64,000 nt of DNA from Bacillota bacterium (GTDB lineage Bacteria > Bacillota > DTU025): positions 259,061-323,060 of the forward strand of contig JBMNJT010000008.1 of NCBI GenBank assembly GCA_050951805.1, in the 5' to 3' direction. The notes below the pieces were generated by a model. The model was not told the origin of the DNA. It was given only the letters and a program-made list of their open reading frames with translations, and ran no database searches. Position 1 is the first letter of the stretch. Each line of letters opens with the position of its first letter. Positions 59,047-64,000 of the stretch are shown piece after piece. Position numbers and translations under genes: made by a program.

Positions 59047-59421
59047 GGCCCTGAGATCCGACCCCGGGCGTGGTGGTAGCCTATGCATTTGAGGCTTATC
59101 TTTCCGGGCTTTCTTTAACCGAAGCAGCCCAAAAAGCGGGCATTAAGCGCTACCACACATCTATTGCAAGAATGCTTTCAGATAAACGGTATGTTGAGGA
59201 CAAATTTTATCCGCCAATTATCAGCAAGGACACATTCGAAAAAGCACAACTGGAAAGACACAGGCGAGCTGAGGCGCTTGGCAGGATTTATGAACATAAA
59301 GGAAATGAAAAGAAATGCCTGAATTTTAAGTTTCATGCTTCAATGCCAGATAATCTATACGATGATCCATTTCAGCAGGCAGAGTATGCTTATAGTCTTA
59401 TTAAGAGCGAGGTGATTTTAG

Positions 59422-60993
59422 ATGACAACCAGGAATGTTACGGTAATTCCTGCCCGTAAGCGAATCGGGAATAGTGCAAAGGCCGAGGAATTGCCTAAGC
59501 TTCGGGTAGCAGCTTACTGTCGTGTTTCTACGGACAGCGAGGAGCAGGCAACCAGTTATGAAGCGCAAATTGAGCACTACACAAACTATATCAAAAGCAA
59601 TCCCGAATGGGAGTTAGCAGGTATATTTGCAGATGAAGGTATTACCGGAACTAACACAAAAAAGCGTGAAGAATTTAACCGGATGATAGAAGAATGCATG
59701 CAGGGCAAAATCGATATGATAATTACAAAATCTATCAGCCGTTTTGCAAGAAATACGCTTGACTGCCTGAAGTACATAAGGCAGCTTAAAGACAAGAACA
59801 TCCCAGTTTATTTTGAAAAGGAAAATATAAACACAATGGATTCCAAAGGGGAAATCCTGCTGACCATCATGGCATCTTTAGCACAGCAAGAAAGCCAATC
59901 GTTAAGCCAGAATGTAAAACTGGGGATTCAATACCGATACCAGCAAGGAAAAATCCATATCAATCACAACCGGTTTCTTGGCTATACAAAGGATAAGGAT
60001 GGCAATTTAGTTATCGTTCCTGAAGAAGCTGAAATTGTTAAGCGCATTTACAGAGAATATCTTGAAGGATCCAGTATGCTGCAGATAGCAAGAGGTCTGG
60101 AAGCTGACGGAATTCTGACGGGTGCAGGCAATCACAGATGGCATACCAGCACCATCAATAAGATTTTGAGGAATGAAAAATACATCGGTGATGCGCTGCT
60201 GCAGAAAACCTATACGGTAGATTTTTTATCGAAGAAAAGGGTACCCAATAACGGTATAGTTCCACAATACTATGTAGAAAACAGCCATGAGCCTATAATC
60301 CCGCGTGAAATCTTTATGCAGGTTCAGGAACAGCTTGTCAAAAGAAGATGTGTGCATATAAGTAAGAACGGAAAGAAGAGAAACTATAGCAATAATCATC
60401 CTTTATCACAGATGGTCTTTCTGCGGCAACTGTCATGAAATATTCCGCAGGGTTCATTGGAATAACCGAGGGAAAGAAATCAATCGTATGGAGATGCGTC
60501 AGCCGATTGGAAAACACCGGTTTGTTTTGTACCGCTTCCACTATACTTGAAGATACGCTTAAAGAGAAAATTGTAGAAGCCATCAATGTAGCGGTCAGCG
60601 GAAAAAACTCTTTTCTGGCCATACTGAAGAAGAATATTGAAACCGTATTAAGCGAGGATTTGGATGAGAGTACATCAGATATTGATAAAAGGCTGGAAGA
60701 ACTCCAAACCGAGTTGATCCGAAAAGGCAAATTCAAAGGAAGCATACGATAATATTGTCAATGAGATTTACCGTTTGCGGGACTTAAGGCAAGAAACCCT
60801 TTCGAGAAACGCTCTCCGCAAAGATAAGAGGGATCGGATTGCTGAGATGACTGATTTCCTTAACACGCAAACCGGTGATATTACGGAGTTCGATGATAAA
60901 CTGGTCAGAAGACTGGTTGAAAAAGCAACGGTATATGATGACAGGTTAATGGTAGAGTTTAAGTCGGGATTAGAAATAGAAGTGAATCTATAA
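59422..60993 (+). pseudogene. large serine recombinase with three frameshifts
   Basis: Intact resolvase domain ([25 protein letters not shown]). Homology then jumps frame at about 60417 (..[20 protein letters not shown]), about 60468 (KSIVWRCVSRLENTG..) and about 60722 (..ANSKEAYDNIVNEIYRLRDLRQ..EFKSGLEIEV). Each jump is at a homopolymer run. Confidence 0.75.
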
Positions 60994-61008
60994 GATTGTA
61001 ATAAGATT

Positions 61009-61052
61009 GCCGCCAGTTGAGGAGGAAACCTTCTTAATTGGCGGCTTTTTTA
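61009..61052 (+). terminator. rho-independent terminator after the recombinase module
   Basis: GCCGCCA...TGGCGGC stem followed by TTTTTT. Confidence 0.6.
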
Positions 61053-61056
61053 TTTT

Positions 61057-61070
61057 TATACAAATGTATA
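61057..61070. promoter_or_regulatory. palindrome TATACAAATGTATA (possible operator)
   Basis: TATACA / TGTATA arms separated by AA. It lies 11 nt upstream of the -35 of the next promoter. Confidence 0.35.
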
Positions 61071-61080
61071 AACAAATATA

Positions 61081-61109
61081 TAGACAAATAAATATTTTTC
61101 ATATATAAT
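61081..61109 (+). promoter_or_regulatory. putative sigma-70 promoter
   Basis: TAGACA, a 17-nt spacer, then TATAAT. It lies 20 nt upstream of the ATG 61129, which is preceded by GAGGTGG. Confidence 0.45.
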
Positions 61110-61128
61110 TGTAATGAGGTGGTGAATT

Positions 61129-61530
61129 ATGGATATTAGAATAGACAGCTTAATTCCCTTTGATTCATTGAAAACCAATATAGACCATGTATTCTCTGTT
61201 GTTGATAAAAACGGAAAAGTTGTTCTGCTTAAAGATAATAAGCCGGTTTATATAGTCTTAAAATACGATGAAAATAATTTAACTGATGTAGGAATTAGCA
61301 TGAGCGAAATGCCTAACTATACGCTTCATGAAGCTATGAGAATTGTCTTATCAGAGGCGGAAAACAAAACGATGCATGCTGCTGAACTTGCCGATGAGAT
61401 ATATAGGCGTAGGCTGTATTTAAAAAAGGATGGCAGTAAGGCGGAATATACACAGATAAGGGCAAGGTGCGGGCATTACCCTGATATGTTTGAAGCATTG
61501 CCGGGAAACCGTATCAAATTAAAAGATTAA
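61129..61530 (+). CDS. fusion of a Phd/YefM-like antitoxin-fold N-terminus and a HARE-HTH-like winged helix
   Basis: The N-terminus KTNIDHVFSVVDKNGKVVLLKDNKPVYIVLKYDE fits the Phd/YefM pattern. The C-terminus YTLHEAMRIVLSEAENKTMHAAELADEIYRRRLY..KAEYTQIRARCGHYPDMFEALPGNRIKL fits the HARE-HTH pattern (RpoE-delta N-terminal domain type). Recognised by eye only. Confidence 0.5.
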   Translation: MDIRIDSLIPFDSLKTNIDHVFSVVDKNGKVVLLKDNKPVYIVLKYDENNLTDVGISMSEMPNYTLHEAMRIVLSEAENKTMHAAELADEIYRRRLYLKKDGSKAEYTQIRARCGHYPDMFEALPGNRIKLKD

Positions 61531-61574
61531 AGTATAGCGCTAAGCATGAGGAGAAGCTATGGAAAGGTGATAAT

Positions 61575-62309
61575 ATGGCGGAACATTTGCTTGTAACAAT
61601 AGGAAAAGCACGATTTAGTGATTCACAAAGACATCTTATTCCTTTTGTTAATGACATAGAACATGATAAATTTCTTAACGATATTGAAAACACGCCCCAT
61701 GCTTTTGTTTTAGCCTGCTTGATGGATAGGCAGATTAAAGCGGAGCGAGCGTGGTCAATTCCCTTTAGAATAAGGGAGATTATAGGAAGCTTTAAAATTG
61801 ATGATTTAGCCAGCGTTTCACTTGAAGAGTACAAGAATATTTTTAATAGAAATGTCTTGCATAGATTTAACGATACAATGGCAGAAGTGTTTTATTCTGC
61901 AGTTCAGGATATTAAAGTAAAGTATAATGGGGATGCTTCGCGAATATGGAGCAACAACCCTAGTAGCGCAAAAGTGGTTTATGAATTCTTGCAGTTTAAA
62001 GGAAGCGGCAAAAAAATTGCCACAATGGCGGCTAATATTCTTGCCACACAATTTAAGATCCCGTTTTCTGATTATTACTCAATTGACATATCACCAGATG
62101 TGCATATTCTAAGAGTAATGCGACGGACAGGTTTGGTTGACAATAACGCTGATTTAGATTCAATTATCTATAAGGCAAGAGAGTTAAATCCTGAGTTTCC
62201 TGGGATTATAGATTTTTCATGCTGGGAGATCGGGCGAACCTGGTGCAGGCCGAGTAATCCTAATTGCAACGAATGTATTATTAATTCTGAATGCAAGAAG
62301 AGGGTTTAA
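61575..62309 (+). CDS. EndoIII-like HhH-GPD superfamily protein with Fe-S cluster loop
   Basis: HhH with lysine (FKGSGKKIATMAANIL). Downstream Asp motif (SPDVHILRVMRRTGL). C-terminal C-X6-C-X2-C-X5-C (CRPSNPNCNECIINSEC), which is the same spacing as the Nth/MutY cluster loop. Confidence 0.6.
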   Translation: MAEHLLVTIGKARFSDSQRHLIPFVNDIEHDKFLNDIENTPHAFVLACLMDRQIKAERAWSIPFRIREIIGSFKIDDLASVSLEEYKNIFNRNVLHRFNDTMAEVFYSAVQDIKVKYNGDASRIWSNNPSSAKVVYEFLQFKGSGKKIATMAANILATQFKIPFSDYYSIDISPDVHILRVMRRTGLVDNNADLDSIIYKARELNPEFPGIIDFSCWEIGRTWCRPSNPNCNECIINSECKKRV

Positions 62310-62365
62310 ACAATTTTTACATAATAAGATATATTTTGCGGCAGTTTGCCTTGGAGGTGATATAG

Positions 62366-62911
62366 TTGAAACGTATAAGTGTTCTACTTGTAATAGGACT
62401 GGTAATTATAATCCTTGCTGGCTGTGGAGGGGTAGAAACACGAGAAAAAATATTACCGGATGGTAGGAAACTTATAATTGATGCTGCTGGAAAAATCATA
62501 TCTGATAGTAATCCTGAACCACTTGAAGGGTATACCTATGACGAACAGATAGGACGGTATGTTAATGAAACTACCGGCATTTGGTATATCGTTGAAAATG
62601 GGCAAAAGGTAATACCGCCCGAAGAATACTTTGATCCTGATGAAGTAGGCATACCCAGCGGTATAAATATTTCAAACCGTCCCGACGATGTATGGGAACT
62701 TAAAGAGGTACGTGAGGTAACCATTCAATCAGGAGATACGCTGGTTGATATTATCAACCCGTACTTTATGAATGAACATTACAGAATGAATTATGAATGG
62801 TATGCTAAACAGGTTCTGGAACTTAACAACATTACCGAACCTAACTTTATAAAAGCGGGAGAAACTTTAAAGATACCGATTTATATTGACAAAGGTGCAA
62901 AAGTGAACTAG
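62366..62911 (+). CDS. lipoprotein with C-terminal LysM-like domain
   Basis: Signal peptide with lipobox (IIILAGC). The C-terminus VTIQSGDTLVDII...ITEPNFIKAGETLKIP is LysM-like. TTG start follows GGAGGTGA. Confidence 0.65.
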   Translation: MKRISVLLVIGLVIIILAGCGGVETREKILPDGRKLIIDAAGKIISDSNPEPLEGYTYDEQIGRYVNETTGIWYIVENGQKVIPPEEYFDPDEVGIPSGINISNRPDDVWELKEVREVTIQSGDTLVDIINPYFMNEHYRMNYEWYAKQVLELNNITEPNFIKAGETLKIPIYIDKGAKVN

Positions 62912-63023
62912 TGAGTGGTAGCATGAAACAGTTAAAAAACGTGTTGCTGTTCTCTGCCTGGTTTCTATAAAAGACCGGAACAGGGTATTTTTATTATTGT
63001 TAAGCTGAAAGGGATGATAAAGA

Positions 63024-63497
63024 TTGGCTCAAATACAATCATTGATGCGGGCTGTAATAAACTTTTATAATTTTAACAACAGAAATGCTCCCGTAGTAAT
63101 CACAAGAGTAAAAGAACACGACAGTGAAAGAATGTGCATGGACAGACTAGAAAGAGCGATTTTTGACTCATGTGATGAAGAATGCAAGGCAACTCCATCA
63201 AGATATGCAATATGGGGAGAAGACATCCGTAGCCTTAGTATTTCTGCAAAAGAAGCAATGAAAAACGGGAACATCGAACAAGCAGAAAAATTAATGAATC
63301 AAGTTATTAATAGTATGGGCGCATTTATAGACGCTCAATTGATACTCAGCAATTTGCCTGGAAACATCAGCTTTGTAAAATCCAAAGATATTATTAAATC
63401 CTATATTGCCAGACTGCAAGAGAACAGCGAGGTGTCAGATTCTGAAAAGGACTATTTAATTGACAGCATGAAAGAGATAATGATTAGCATTGAGTAA
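63024..63497 (+). CDS. hypothetical protein
   Basis: 157-aa ORF (TTG start; alternative ATG near 63132). Helical. No family recognised. Confidence 0.35.
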   Translation: MAQIQSLMRAVINFYNFNNRNAPVVITRVKEHDSERMCMDRLERAIFDSCDEECKATPSRYAIWGEDIRSLSISAKEAMKNGNIEQAEKLMNQVINSMGAFIDAQLILSNLPGNISFVKSKDIIKSYIARLQENSEVSDSEKDYLIDSMKEIMISIE

Positions 63498-63783
63498 AAG
63501 GATTGATTAACTGATGAGTTATTCATCATGCAATCGGAATCCGGATTCGAATTCCTTATGAAATATAGTTTGCGATATAAAGGTCTTCAAACCTGATGCC
63601 AAAAAACCTTTAATAATTAAATTTTATTATAGCAAAAGCTTCGAACATCGCTCTGGTAGTTATGAACATAGCTTGAAGTCTGAGAAAAGACTTGATGTTA
63701 ACAATCATTTGAATAATTGGGACATGCTGAAATAGCGCATGTTTCGATTTGTTTAAGATTTAAATTATAGGTGGCGAACAAAA

Positions 63784-64000
63784 ATGAAAATTGCTTTGAT
63801 TTCTTGCACAAGTAGGAAAAAATCATATAAATGCCAAGCAAAAGATTTATATTCAGAAAGCTCGCGGTTTCAGCTGGCCTTTTCTTTTGCAAAGCTTATT
63901 GCAGATAAAATATTTATCCTTTCTGCAAAATATGGCTTAATACCAGAGAACATGATTATCGAACCTTATAATGAAACCTTGAAAGATAAAAGTACTCAGG
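63784..64000 (+). CDS. hypothetical protein, 3'-truncated by the window edge
   Basis: The ATG follows AGGTGG. MKIALISCTSRKKSYKCQAKDLYSESSRFQLAFSFAKLIADKIFILSAKYGLIPENMIIEPYNETL resembles a widespread uncharacterised family (possibly DUF6884, from memory). Confidence 0.4.
   Translation, partial: MKIALISCTSRKKSYKCQAKDLYSESSRFQLAFSFAKLIADKIFILSAKYGLIPENMIIEPYNETLKDKSTQ

Larger units (their letters stand above)
56597..59086 (+). mobile_element. IS21-family insertion sequence (GC-rich copy)
   Basis: Perfect 7-bp direct repeat ATTTGAG at 56590-56596 and 59087-59093. istA-istB pair. The left end starts TGTTTTCGGCAT. Internal inverted 10-mer CCACCACGCC (56673) / GGCGTGGTGG (59067). Confidence 0.8.
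56504..59459 (+). pseudogene. small recombinase-associated gene (no catalytic domain), interrupted by an IS21-family element
   Basis: MMSHIPFGYTIQNGRAVVNEEEAVKIEKLFE (56504-56596) joins in frame to AYLSGLSLTEAAQKAGIKRYH... (59094-59459) once the IS and one copy of ATTTGAG are removed. The reconstructed product is 152 aa. Confidence 0.7.

Overview
This 64-kb window comes from a Gram-positive (Bacillota/Clostridia-like) chromosome and has two compositionally distinct parts. GC content was judged by eye, not computed.

(1) 1-22.2 kb is visibly GC-rich core DNA, syntenic with the Bacillus subtilis ctsR-to-sigH housekeeping block. It carries a radical-SAM gene, ctsR-mcsA-mcsB-clpC with CtsR operators, radA, disA, carD, a yacL-like PIN/TRAM gene, fused ispDF, cysS, mrnC, rlmB and sigH. 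These are followed by a HAD hydrolase, convergent pmbA/tldD, about 0.9 kb of unexplained non-coding DNA, and a rumA/rlmD-type 23S rRNA methyltransferase.

(2) 22.2-64 kb is visibly AT-rich accessory DNA that begins at the stop codon of the rumA-type gene. It contains, in order:
- (a) An XRE regulator plus a complete type 3 BREX locus (brxF-brxC-pglXI-brxHII-pglZ-brxA). A non-canonical membrane-protein gene is wedged between pglXI and brxHII.
- (b) An AT-rich IS21-family element with a broken istA.
- (c) A tail-less, HK97-type capsid, packaging and lysis module: terS, two ParB-methyltransferase fusions, an amidoligase/GGCT cluster, terL, HNH, portal, protease, capsid, connectors, holins and endolysin.
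- (d) A triplet of serine-recombinase-family genes that are all inactivated. One is split by a GC-rich IS256-family element with an 8-bp target duplication. One is split by a GC-rich IS21-family element with a 7-bp duplication. One carries three homopolymer frameshifts.
- (e) A further AT-rich block containing a two-gene cassette (a Phd/YefM-like plus HARE-HTH-like fusion next to an EndoIII-like Fe-S HhH-GPD protein), a LysM lipoprotein and unknown genes.

No rRNA, tRNA or CRISPR array was recognised. The best candidates for something new are the BREX-embedded membrane gene, the HARE-HTH/glycosylase-like pair, and the tail-less capsid-forming element with its amidoligase cargo. All family assignments rest on motif recognition by eye and need HMM or structure searches.
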